Below, piece after piece: positions 1 through 8,361 of a stretch of 17,332 nucleotides of DNA. The notes beneath the pieces were generated by a model that saw only the letters and a list, made by a program, of their open reading frames with translations, was not told the DNA's origin and ran no database searches. The stretch is taken from contig JBBIOR010000030.1 in the NCBI GenBank assembly GCA_037443265.1, positions 1 through 17,332 on the forward strand, in the 5' to 3' direction. The position numbers were made by a program, and so were the translations under genes. The stretch is from Candidatus Fraserbacteria bacterium. Its GTDB lineage: Bacteria; Bipolaricaulota; Bipolaricaulia; RBG-16-55-9. Every line of letters begins with the position of its first letter. Within the stretch, counting starts at the first letter, position 1.

Positions 1-955
1 CAGGTGGGCAGCGAAGGTGGTCAGGCAGATTGCTTGCACCAGCTGGGCATAGCGTCTTGGAGCCAGGGACGACTTCAGCAGGCCTTGGATTACAATCAAC
101 AGGCTCTGGGAAAACGCAGACTGCTCGGGGATCTGGCCGGACAGGAGAGGCCAAGGCATTCACCTAGACAATCTGGGGTCTGTTCATAGCCGACGAGGGG
201 AATATGAAGAGGCGTTGCACTGCTACCACCAAGCGCTCGAGCTCTACAGAGAAGTCGGCGAGCGAGAAGGACAGGCTGGCGCTCTGCACAACATCAGTCA
301 CGTTCATAACAGCCTGGGGCGCTATGAGGAGGCGCTCGGCTATCTGCAGCAGGGTCTGGAGATCTCTCGTGAGATCAATTACACGCGCATGCAGGGATAC
401 TGTCTAGATCACATCGGGTATGCCTTGCGCGGTTTGGGGCGGTATCAGGAAGCCTTGCCGTACTTCCTGCAAGGTCTGGAGCTACGTCGCGAGAGCAAAG
501 CCGGGCAAGAGCAGGCATATAGCCTCAACAATCTGGCTGGCCTTTATCTGGATCTTCACGCGTACACGAAAGCCCTCGACTATTGCCTTCAGGCGAGAGA
601 ACTGCTGGACCAGCTGGGAGCAAAGGCACCGCAAATTACAAGCTGGACCAGGGAGGGGTTAGCTTATCTCAGATTGGGCGACAACGATAAAGCACTCGCA
701 GCTTCCACACAGGCCATTCAACTGCTCGCTGCTGGCGTCAGCTGGATTAACCCTCACGAGGCCTACCTCAACCACGCCCGTATCCTGCGCGCGATGGGTC
801 GAGCGGATGAAGCAGGCACCTATCTGCAGAAGGCCTACGATGAAGTGATGGCGCGCGCTTTGAAGATTCAGGACGTACAGTCCCGCAAGAGCTTCCTCAA
901 AAAGGTCAAGCTAAACCGCGAGATCGTGGAGGCGTGGCGAAAGTTCAATAGATAG
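1..955 (+). pseudogene. 3' part of a TPR-repeat protein gene (5' end outside window), frameshifted at ~139-145
   Basis: 40-aa TPR repeats read in frame 1 from base 1 (SEGGQADCLHQLGIASWSQGRLQQALDYNQQALGKRRLLG-DLAGQ), then in frame 2 from 140 (DRRGQGIHLDNLGSVHSRRGEYEEALHCYHQALELYREVG, EREGQAGALHNISHVH...) to the stop at 955. The tail RKSFLKKVKLNREIVEAW resembles C-termini of large NTPase/cyclase-TPR proteins (from memory). Could be an assembly error rather than a true pseudogene. Confidence 0.8.
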
Positions 956-975
956 ATGTTGATGGAGCAAGCGGG

Positions 976-1046
976 CTGGGAGAGAGGGATTCGAACCCCC
1001 ACTAACGGGTCCAGAGCCCGTCGTCCTACCGTTAGACGATCTCCCA
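976..1046 (-). tRNA. tRNA-Gln, anticodon CUG
   Basis: Reverse complement TGGGAGA-TC-GTCTAACGGTAGGAC-G-ACGGG CT CTG GA CCCGT-TAGT-GGGGG TTCGAAT CCCTC-TCTCCCA-G forms a full cloverleaf with U1-A72 pair and TTCGAAT T-loop. It is followed by CCC, so CCA is not fully encoded. Confidence 0.97.
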
Positions 1047-1059
1047 AAGGGCGCTAGGG

Positions 1060-1088
1060 ATAATAACAAGCACGATTGGCTCTGTCAA
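1060..1088 (-). promoter_or_regulatory. sigma70-type promoter for tRNA-Gln
   Basis: TTGACA (1088-1083), 17 bp, TATTAT (1065-1060), ending 13 bp before the tRNA 5' end. Confidence 0.85.
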
Positions 1089-1091
1089 GGC

Positions 1092-2675
1092 TTACAGTTC
1101 GCCGCGGAAGAGCCGCTGGATGTCCTGCCAGGTGATGAGCACAATGAGCCCCATGAGAATGATGAAACCCACATAGTGGACCCAGCCCTCCCACTGGGGA
1201 GGAATCGGCCTTCGAAGGATCAACTCGACCATGGCAAACACCAGACGGCTGCCGTCCAGCGCCGGGAAGGGCAGCAGATTGAAGACCCCTAAGACGAGAC
1301 TCAAAAGCGCCACCAGGCGGAAGAAGTATTCGGCTCCTTGCGTGAGACTCCAGCCTAGGATGTTGGCGATGCCCACCGGCCCGCGGAAGGCTTCCCCGGC
1401 ACTCGTCTGGCCGGTGAGGACTTGCTTGACCCCCTGGTACGTAATGAGGAGCACATTGGCCACTTGCTTCAGCCCAATAGAGATACTCGCCCACACGCTG
1501 GCGGGTCGTCGTTGGGCCGTCTGCAGTTGCAATCCTTTCAGGACCTCCTCGGCACTCTGCCCGCTCATGTTGAATGTCACAGGGAGGATCTCTTTCCCGC
1601 GCTCAACGATGAGTTGGACTTGGCCGCTGCCCGCTTGAGCTCGAAGAAGGGCCGGCCATAGATTGGCCAGGCTGCTGATCTCTTCGCCGTTTAGGGTGAG
1701 GAGGCGATCTCCGGGGCGCAGGCCCTGAGAGGCTAAGAAGGCATCCGGCTCCAGTCGATGGATGACAGAAGCAGTGGGCGGCAGAGGCTCAAATCTGGGC
1801 CTGACTCGCTGAAGCTCCTCAGGCGGGACTTTGGCCGAATCGATCGTCAGTTCTAGGGAAGTTCCTGCGCGACTTATGCGCAAGGGGATCGACGCTGATT
1901 TCTTGAGTGCGGAGTTGAATGCTTCGAGAAACTCTGGCCAGCTACCCACGGGCCGGCCGCCCACGGTCAGGATGAGATCGCCATTCTGGAGCCCCTGACG
2001 GGCCAGCTCTGAGTTTGAGGGGATCTCCGCTATTTGACTGAGCGGAAACAGAAAGTAGACCCCGAGCAAGTATTGCTCCCTGGCCGCATCCCAATAGGGG
2101 GTGACCATGGTCTTCACGATCCTGCCGCCACGGTCGACGACGGCCACTATGGGGCGTCCCTGAGAAGCTTGCACGAGGGACTGGATCTGCTCCGGGGAGT
2201 AGATCTGCTGCCCATTAAGCTGTAGGAGCTTGTCCCCGGCCTGTAATACTCCTCGGGCCGGCGACTCGACGGCCACCTCGGCGATCTCCACAGCCGGCAT
2301 GCCGAAGAAGCTGACATAGGCGATCATCAAGAACACGGCGGCGATGATGTTCATGAGCGGCCCAGCAAAGATGATCGCCATGCGCAAAAGCGGCGGCTTA
2401 GCCACAAAGAGTCGATCCTGCGGGACTTGTTGATCCTCTTCGCTACGGGCGTCCTCCCCGGCCAGACGGACAAAGCCCCCGAGCGGAAAGACCCTGAGCG
2501 CATATTGTGTTTCACCCCACTTGCGCCGCCAGACCGCTGGTCCAAACCCGATGGCAAACTCGTGGACCCAGACTCGAGCCCACTTCGCCACGAGGAAATG
2601 CCCCCCCTCGTGGATGAAGACCAGCAGGCTGATGGTGAAGACAAACACTAAGATCGTGATGAGGATCGAGATCAC
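1092..2675 (-). CDS. rseP: RIP/site-2 zinc metalloprotease RseP (M50) with three PDZ-like domains
   Basis: HEGGH zinc motif, FAIGFGP, FPLGGFVRLAGE, AGPLMN, C-terminal NLLPFPALDG; GTG start with GAAGGAG SD in the tilS end. Confidence 0.95.
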   Translation of the reverse strand: MISILITILVFVFTISLLVFIHEGGHFLVAKWARVWVHEFAIGFGPAVWRRKWGETQYALRVFPLGGFVRLAGEDARSEEDQQVPQDRLFVAKPPLLRMAIIFAGPLMNIIAAVFLMIAYVSFFGMPAVEIAEVAVESPARGVLQAGDKLLQLNGQQIYSPEQIQSLVQASQGRPIVAVVDRGGRIVKTMVTPYWDAAREQYLLGVYFLFPLSQIAEIPSNSELARQGLQNGDLILTVGGRPVGSWPEFLEAFNSALKKSASIPLRISRAGTSLELTIDSAKVPPEELQRVRPRFEPLPPTASVIHRLEPDAFLASQGLRPGDRLLTLNGEEISSLANLWPALLRAQAGSGQVQLIVERGKEILPVTFNMSGQSAEEVLKGLQLQTAQRRPASVWASISIGLKQVANVLLITYQGVKQVLTGQTSAGEAFRGPVGIANILGWSLTQGAEYFFRLVALLSLVLGVFNLLPFPALDGSRLVFAMVELILRRPIPPQWEGWVHYVGFIILMGLIVLITWQDIQRLFRGEL

Positions 2676-2685
2676 AGCGGAAGAC

Positions 2686-4080
2686 TCACTCCTTCAAGGG
2701 TTTTGCGTGGATACGCAGGGTCCGGCGCGTCTTCTCCGTCACGCGACCTCGCTCGCTCAACCTCCAGCCGACGACCCAGAGGATTCCCTGCTGATCGCAC
2801 ACCAACGGGATCTCGTCTCGCTGGTCGCGCGGGATCTTCGCATCCACGAAGAAGTCTTGCAATTTCTTAGTGCCCCTTAAGCCCAGCGGCTCGAATCGAT
2901 CTCCTCGACGGCGATTGCGCACGTACAAGGGTTTTTTAATTATAGCGCAATCGATCCGCGCTTCCAAGGGATCTTCTGATAGAGGATGACTCCCTTCGAG
3001 CACTTCTAGATGGAAGTGCCAGCCAATCTCGGGAAGACGATTTTCAGCGTCGGTGCGCAGCTCAAAGCAGTATGGCGGGCGACTTTGGGTTAGTGCGTGA
3101 ACAAAGAGTAAGCGATCGCCCTGATGGACGAAGAGAATCCCTTCGGGCAGGACGATTTGTGCGCCGGAGCGATTCTGCACGATCTCATTGCGCACGCTCT
3201 CGATGTGAACGGCCGCGATGCCCTGAAGATCCCCTTTGACTCTGCGGATCGCCTCGCGCACCACCTGTGCCTGCACGAACTCCTCTTGGGATAGCAGTGC
3301 ACGCCGGTCGAGCACGATCTCCTCCGCCCGCTCGCTCAGCACCGCGCGCCGCAGCACTTGATCGGCGAGGCGCTTGAGAGGTTCATTGGCTTTGCGTAGG
3401 GTTTCTTGTGCGCGGGCGATCGTCAAAAGGGCATCCGGCTTGTACGCACACAGCAACGGCAGAAGCTCCGAGCGCACGCGATTGCGCAGAAATCTCTTAT
3501 TGCGATTCAGCGGATCTTCTCGATGGGGGATGCCCCGTTCGCGCGCAAACTGAGAGATCTCTTCGCGCGAGCAGTCGATGAGCGGGCGGATGTAGCGCCA
3601 TTGGCCTTCGGTGCGCACAGGAGGCATCCCCGCCAGGCCCTCCAGGCCCGAGCCCCGCAAGAGATTGATGAAAAACGTCTCCACTCGATCATTGAGATTG
3701 TGTCCGAGAGCGAGCACATCTGCCTCAAGTTCCTGGGCCGCTCGGGCGAGAAATTGATAGCGCACTCGCCGAGCCCCTTCTTCCGGCGAGAGTCTTTCGG
3801 TGCGGATGTACAGCGGGACATCGATGGCCTCCTGAACCAAAGGCAGCCCCAGCGCGTTTGCGTGTTCGGCCACGAAGCGCGCGTCCTCTGCCGAACCAGG
3901 CCTCATGCGATGATCCAGATGGGCCACTCCCAACCAGAGCTGCCATTCTGCCTTGAGTTCATAAAGAGCGCGTAGGAGCACCATGGAGTCGACGCCTCCG
4001 GAGACCGCGATCACAACTCGATCTCCAGCTCGGAGCATCTTGTGTTCCTTGATGGTCTTTCTGATCTTCTCCAGCAGCAT
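2686..4080 (-). CDS. tilS: tRNA(Ile)-lysidine synthetase
   Basis: PP-loop AVSGGVDS, HLDHRMR, ARRVRY, GHNLNDRVET, IRPL, RNRVR, C-terminal GTKKLQDFFVDAKIP. Start placed at ATG 4080 (MLLEKI) rather than 4188. Confidence 0.95.
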   Translation of the reverse strand: MLLEKIRKTIKEHKMLRAGDRVVIAVSGGVDSMVLLRALYELKAEWQLWLGVAHLDHRMRPGSAEDARFVAEHANALGLPLVQEAIDVPLYIRTERLSPEEGARRVRYQFLARAAQELEADVLALGHNLNDRVETFFINLLRGSGLEGLAGMPPVRTEGQWRYIRPLIDCSREEISQFARERGIPHREDPLNRNKRFLRNRVRSELLPLLCAYKPDALLTIARAQETLRKANEPLKRLADQVLRRAVLSERAEEIVLDRRALLSQEEFVQAQVVREAIRRVKGDLQGIAAVHIESVRNEIVQNRSGAQIVLPEGILFVHQGDRLLFVHALTQSRPPYCFELRTDAENRLPEIGWHFHLEVLEGSHPLSEDPLEARIDCAIIKKPLYVRNRRRGDRFEPLGLRGTKKLQDFFVDAKIPRDQRDEIPLVCDQQGILWVVGWRLSERGRVTEKTRRTLRIHAKPLKE

Positions 4081-4089
4081 CTTAGCTTC

Positions 4090-4118
4090 ATTGTGCCCGG
4101 AATCGCTATCGGCTGCAA
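4090..4118 (-). promoter_or_regulatory. candidate sigma70 promoter for tilS-rseP
   Basis: TTGCAG (4118-4113), 17 bp, CACAAT (4095-4090), 9 bp before ATG 4080. Confidence 0.4.
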
Positions 4119-4162
4119 GATAGTAGTGTTCAGGCATGCCCCCTCTCATGATGCGACTGCGC

Positions 4163-4191
4163 TTGTCCGGCCTTCGTCTACCGGGCATAAT
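4163..4191 (+). promoter_or_regulatory. candidate sigma70 promoter for the PfpI-family gene
   Basis: TTGTCC (4163-4168), 17 bp, CATAAT (4186-4191). Confidence 0.6.
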
Positions 4192-4220
4192 AAGCCCACA
4201 TCGGATGTGAGGTGATGTGC

Positions 4221-4742
4221 ATGACTCTCAGGGGCCAGCGCGTGGCAGTTTTAATCGAGGAGCTCTATCAGGAGATGGAGTTCTGGTATCCGTACTATCG
4301 CTTGAAGGAGGCAGGCGCCGAGGTCGTGGCCGTGGGGCCGGAAGCGGGCAAAATCTATAAAAGCAAGCACGGCTATCCAGCCAAGGCAGATAAGACGGCC
4401 GGCGAAGTGAGAGCCCAAGACTTCGATGCCGTGATCATTCCCGGAGGCTACGCTCCCGACTTGATGAGGCGCAACGAGCACATGGTCAACTTCGTGCGCG
4501 ACATGTACGAGCACGGAAAAGTCGTGGCGGCGATCTGTCACGCGGGCTGGATGCTCTGCTCGGCTGGCATTTTAGAGGGCAAGCGCGCCACGAGCTTCTT
4601 TTCCATTCAGGACGACATGCGCCACGCCGGAGCCCGCTGGGTGGATGAGCCCGTGGTAAGAGACGGCAATCTCATCACTGCCCGAGTGCCCGATGACCTG
4701 CCGCAATTCTGTCAGGCGATCCTTGAGGCCTTAAGCGAGTAG
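4221..4742 (+). CDS. PfpI/DJ-1 family (type 1 glutamine amidotransferase-like) protease/deglycase
   Basis: EME..YP, DAVIIPGGYAPD, AAICHAGW nucleophile elbow, VVRDGNLITARVPDDL; SD GAGGTG at 4209-4214 supports ATG 4221. Confidence 0.93.
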   Translation: MTLRGQRVAVLIEELYQEMEFWYPYYRLKEAGAEVVAVGPEAGKIYKSKHGYPAKADKTAGEVRAQDFDAVIIPGGYAPDLMRRNEHMVNFVRDMYEHGKVVAAICHAGWMLCSAGILEGKRATSFFSIQDDMRHAGARWVDEPVVRDGNLITARVPDDLPQFCQAILEALSE

Positions 4743-5825
4743 CTGGTGCTGAGCCAAGCTGAGAATATCCGCCAGCACGCCCGAAGCGGTGAGCTCTGGC
4801 CCGGAGCCCTTGCCGCGGACAATCAAAGGACTCTCGCGATAGCGGGCCGTCTGAAAAGCGACTACGCTATCGGCCACTGCGGGGCGCAGCAGCTCATCAG
4901 CTGGCGATAGTCTTTCGAGTCTGGCTTGGCAGCGGCCCGCAGCCACTTCGATCACGTAGCGCAGCTTGCAACCCCGAGCCTGCGCGTCGTGTGAAATGGC
5001 GAGCCAACGCTCGTCATGCGCCCTCAAGCGCTCTAGAAATCTTTCGAGGGGGAGCGCATTCCATTCGGGCGGGTAGAGGCTTTCCGCTTGCACGTCTTGA
5101 AACTCTAGCGGATGGCCGAGTAGTCGGGCCAAGATGAGGGCTTTTCTGGCGGCATCGCGTCCGGAGAGATCCTCGCGCGGGTCGGGCTCCGTGTGCCCAT
5201 GAGCTTGGGCATCGCGCACGATCTCTGAAAACCTTTCGCCCTGCTCCAGCCGTTGGCAGATGAGATTGAGCGTCCCGGAGACGCAGCCCCGAATTCTTTT
5301 AACGCCATCGCCGGTGTCGAGCAGGAACGTCTGAAGCGTCGAGATGATGGGGAGCGCTGCGCCCACGGTCGTCTCAAAGCGGGTTTTGCGGCTCGAGGTC
5401 AACTCCCGGAAGAGCTCATAGGGGCCGGCGAGCGGGAGCTTGTTGGCCAAGACGATCCCCCAACCCCGCGCGCGCGCCTCTCGCAAGAGGGGCACGGTCG
5501 CCTCCGTGGCTGTCACATCCACGACGATGGTGTTTGAAGCACTCAGCTCATCGAACAGGGAAGGGCTTCCCTCCCAAGGGCGGCCTCCTTGGAGCTCGCG
5601 CAGGCGCGCGCCCTTTGCTTTCGCTTCGATGAGCTCCGCCAGCACCTCATCGGGAATGCCCTCGTTATGGATGATAACTCCATCTCGATCCGCGATCGCG
5701 CCATATTGGAGCACAAGGCCCAGCTGCTCTGCGTGACGCTTTCGATTGGAAAGCACTTGACGCACGAGTGCCCGCCCGACTCCTCCCAGACCCAACTGAA
5801 TCAGCGCCAGGCGTTTGAGCCTCAT
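4731..5825 (-). CDS. hom: homoserine dehydrogenase (no C-terminal ACT domain)
   Basis: GLGGVG Rossmann motif, VVDVT, LANK, FETTVGAALP, SGTLN, EPDPREDLSGRDAARK, GSGPELTASGVLADI; ATGA overlap with the aspartate kinase stop. Confidence 0.93.
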   Translation of the reverse strand: MRLKRLALIQLGLGGVGRALVRQVLSNRKRHAEQLGLVLQYGAIADRDGVIIHNEGIPDEVLAELIEAKAKGARLRELQGGRPWEGSPSLFDELSASNTIVVDVTATEATVPLLREARARGWGIVLANKLPLAGPYELFRELTSSRKTRFETTVGAALPIISTLQTFLLDTGDGVKRIRGCVSGTLNLICQRLEQGERFSEIVRDAQAHGHTEPDPREDLSGRDAARKALILARLLGHPLEFQDVQAESLYPPEWNALPLERFLERLRAHDERWLAISHDAQARGCKLRYVIEVAAGRCQARLERLSPADELLRPAVADSVVAFQTARYRESPLIVRGKGSGPELTASGVLADILSLAQHQLLA

Positions 5826-7231
5826 GCGCTCTCACTCTCACCCAGCTTGAACTCGCGATGGATCTGGCGCACGGCCTCATCGGCATCCTCCTTGCGCACC
5901 ACCAGCGAAAGATTATGCTCTGAGGAACCTTGAGCTACAGAGATGACATTGATGTTGCTCTTGCCTAAAGCCCCAAAGACCTTGGCGCCGATGCCCGGCG
6001 TGCCTCGCATGCCTGCCCCCACCACAGCCACAATGGCCACATCGTCTTGGGCGTGAATGCGATCGATGTTGCGCCGCGCAAGCTCCAGCTCAAACGCCTG
6101 GTGCAGCGCCCGAAGCGCCCGCCCAGCGGAGGCAGCTTCCACGACAAAGCAGATACTCTGCTCCGAGGAGGACTGCGAGATCATCAGCACGTTGACGCCC
6201 TCGTGCGCCACAGCCGTAAAGACCTTGGCGGCTACCCCCGGCACTCCGAGCATTCCTCGCCCTTCGACCGTGACGAGGCTGAGCCCCTTGATGGCCGTGA
6301 TGGCTTTCACGCCCATCAAGTTGTTGCGTGCCTGCTCCACGATGCGCGTGCCGCTTCCCTCCGGCGCAAATGTATTCAAAATACAAAGCGGGATGCCTCT
6401 CTCAACCGCGGGCAGGACTGTCTTTGGATGGAGCACCTTGGCCCCAAAATAGGCCAGCTCGGCCGCTTCGGCGTAGGAAAGCTCGCCGATGGTGCGGGCC
6501 TCAGGCACCACGCGTGGATCGGCCGTCATCACCCCATCCACATCCGTCCAGATCTCAATCTCCTCGGCCTCTAGGAGCGCTCCCAGAATGGCCGCGGAGT
6601 AGTCCGATCCGCCACGGCCTAAAGTCGTCGTGCGACCGTCTTGGGTAGCCCCAATGAAGCCCTGCGTGACGGGAATCTTCTGCTCCTCCAAAAGCGGAAT
6701 CAAGATCTCTTCCGCCCGCTTCTCACTCAGTTCCATTAGGGGGTTCGCCCGCGTGAACTGATCGTCGGTGACGATGAGCTGACGGGCATCGACCCACTGG
6801 GCGTTGAGCTCACGTGCTCGCATGGCCTCAGCGAGAATCAGAGTCGACAGACGCTCGCCGTAGGAGACGACGGCATCGAGCGAGCGGGGGGTGAGCTCCC
6901 CCAAGATCGCCAGGCCCTTAAGAAGCGTCCGGATCTCTTGGAAATGCCTTTTGATCGTGTCATGGAGATACTGGCGACGCGAGGGCTCCATGATGAATTC
7001 TTCGGTCACAACCAGATGTCGGGCGGTGAGCGAATCGAGATGCTTAAGCGCTTCTGACTCGCGGCCCGCGTGGGCTTCTTCTGCGCAGCGAATGAGCGCG
7101 TCCGTCACGCCAACCATAGCCGAGGCGACCACCACGGGCCTGCGGGCCGCACGTGTCTTGACGATCTCAATGACGCGTTCCATGGCGCCCGCGTCTTTTA
7201 CAGATGTGCCGCCGAATTTCATTACGATCAT
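5822..7231 (-). CDS. lysC: aspartate kinase with two ACT domains
   Basis: MKFGGTSV, SYGERLS, TTLGRGGSDYSA, WTDVDGV, ELAYFGAKVLHP, ACT motifs MISQSSSEQSI and AQGSSEHNLS. Start placed at ATG 7231 (MIVMKFGG). Confidence 0.95.
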   Translation of the reverse strand: MIVMKFGGTSVKDAGAMERVIEIVKTRAARRPVVVASAMVGVTDALIRCAEEAHAGRESEALKHLDSLTARHLVVTEEFIMEPSRRQYLHDTIKRHFQEIRTLLKGLAILGELTPRSLDAVVSYGERLSTLILAEAMRARELNAQWVDARQLIVTDDQFTRANPLMELSEKRAEEILIPLLEEQKIPVTQGFIGATQDGRTTTLGRGGSDYSAAILGALLEAEEIEIWTDVDGVMTADPRVVPEARTIGELSYAEAAELAYFGAKVLHPKTVLPAVERGIPLCILNTFAPEGSGTRIVEQARNNLMGVKAITAIKGLSLVTVEGRGMLGVPGVAAKVFTAVAHEGVNVLMISQSSSEQSICFVVEAASAGRALRALHQAFELELARRNIDRIHAQDDVAIVAVVGAGMRGTPGIGAKVFGALGKSNINVISVAQGSSEHNLSLVVRKEDADEAVRQIHREFKLGESESA

Positions 7232-7238
7232 CGGAAGG

Positions 7239-8288
7239 TCAATCCAAATAGCCTTGAGCCTTGAGGAGTTCCGCATTCAAGATGGCCGCTCCGGCTGCCC
7301 CTCGAATCGTATTGTGACCCAAGAGCACGAACTTCACATCGAAGATGGGGCAGGGGCGCACGCGCCCGACGACCGTGGCCATGCCCCCCTCGATTTCCAC
7401 ATCTAAGCGGGGCTGCGGGCGATCCGGCTCCTCTCTCACAATCACGGGATGCTCGGGTGCACTGGGCAACTTTAGCTCCTGGGGCAGAGAGCGATAATCT
7501 CGCAACACGTCTTTGATCTCCTCCAGGCTGGTGTGGCGGCACAGCTTGACCGAGACAGTCTCCGTATGGCCGTCGAGCACGGCCACGCGCGTGGTGTGCG
7601 CACTGAGCTTCATCGCATGAGGCTCAATTCTGCCGCTTAAAAGACGCCCGAAGATCTTGCGCGTCTCCTGCTCGATCTTCTCTTCTTCATGGGCGATGAA
7701 CGGGATGAGATTGCCCAGAATATCGAGCGAGGGCACGCCGGGATAGCCTGCCCCTGAGACGGCCTGCATGGTCGAGACGAAGACGCTCTCTACGCCAAAC
7801 GCCCTATCGATAGGAGCTAAGGCCAGCGCGAGCGTGATCGTCGAACAATTGGGATTTGTGACGATGAAGCCCTTCCAATGGCGCTTCTGCTTTTGAGCTT
7901 CAATGAGCTTTAGATGCTCGGCGTTGATCTCGGGGATGAGCAGCGGGACATCTTCGTCCATGCGATGGCTGCGCGCGTTGCTGATGACGGCATAGCCGGC
8001 CCGGGCGAAGTCTTCTTCCACCGGCCCGGCCACATCGCTGGTAAGCCCCGAAAAGACTAGAATCCCCTGGAAGAGGCCCGGCTCCAGTCTTTCAAGGCGC
8101 ATCTTGCGGAGGCGCTCAGGCATGGGCTCAGAGAGCTTCCAGCTGCAGGCTTCCCCGTAAAGCTTCCCTACAGACTTTTCAGATGCCGCAAGATACACGA
8201 CTTCAAACCAGGGGTGGTTCTCCAGAAGCTGAACGAAGCGTTGGCCTACTGTGCCTGTAGCTCCTAAGATGCCGACTTTGCACTTCAT
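7239..8288 (-). CDS. asd: aspartate-semialdehyde dehydrogenase (archaeal/fungal-like subtype)
   Basis: [37 protein letters not shown] catalytic Cys, [31 protein letters not shown] at 8298-8294. Confidence 0.96.
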   Translation of the reverse strand: MKCKVGILGATGTVGQRFVQLLENHPWFEVVYLAASEKSVGKLYGEACSWKLSEPMPERLRKMRLERLEPGLFQGILVFSGLTSDVAGPVEEDFARAGYAVISNARSHRMDEDVPLLIPEINAEHLKLIEAQKQKRHWKGFIVTNPNCSTITLALALAPIDRAFGVESVFVSTMQAVSGAGYPGVPSLDILGNLIPFIAHEEEKIEQETRKIFGRLLSGRIEPHAMKLSAHTTRVAVLDGHTETVSVKLCRHTSLEEIKDVLRDYRSLPQELKLPSAPEHPVIVREEPDRPQPRLDVEIEGGMATVVGRVRPCPIFDVKFVLLGHNTIRGAAGAAILNAELLKAQGYLD

Positions 8289-8315
8289 TTTTGCCTCCGA
8301 GCGCGTTGTGGGTTA

Positions 8316-8344
8316 AACATAGTGGAGCCTTTGGCTCTTGTCAA
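8316..8344 (-). promoter_or_regulatory. sigma70 promoter for asd-lysC-hom
   Basis: TTGACA (8344-8339), 17 bp, TATGTT (8321-8316). Confidence 0.7.
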
Positions 8345-8361
8345 GAGCGGACAGGAGGATC

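Noticed and set aside
956..1046. tRNA-Gln 3' end as an integration site
   Set aside because: No duplicated tRNA 3' end and no integrase seen in the window.
4081..4188. Extended N-termini given by the ORF track (tilS 4188; likewise lysC 7276, thrC 8338, mutL 11211, 14091, 14116)
   Set aside because: The extensions lack family similarity and overlap promoters or neighbouring genes; downstream ATGs fit SDs or typical N-termini better.
4731..4742. 12-bp convergent overlap of the PfpI gene and hom (and 4-bp gap between mutL and the repeat gene) without terminators
   Set aside because: Ordinary compact genome packing; no evidence for antisense regulation.
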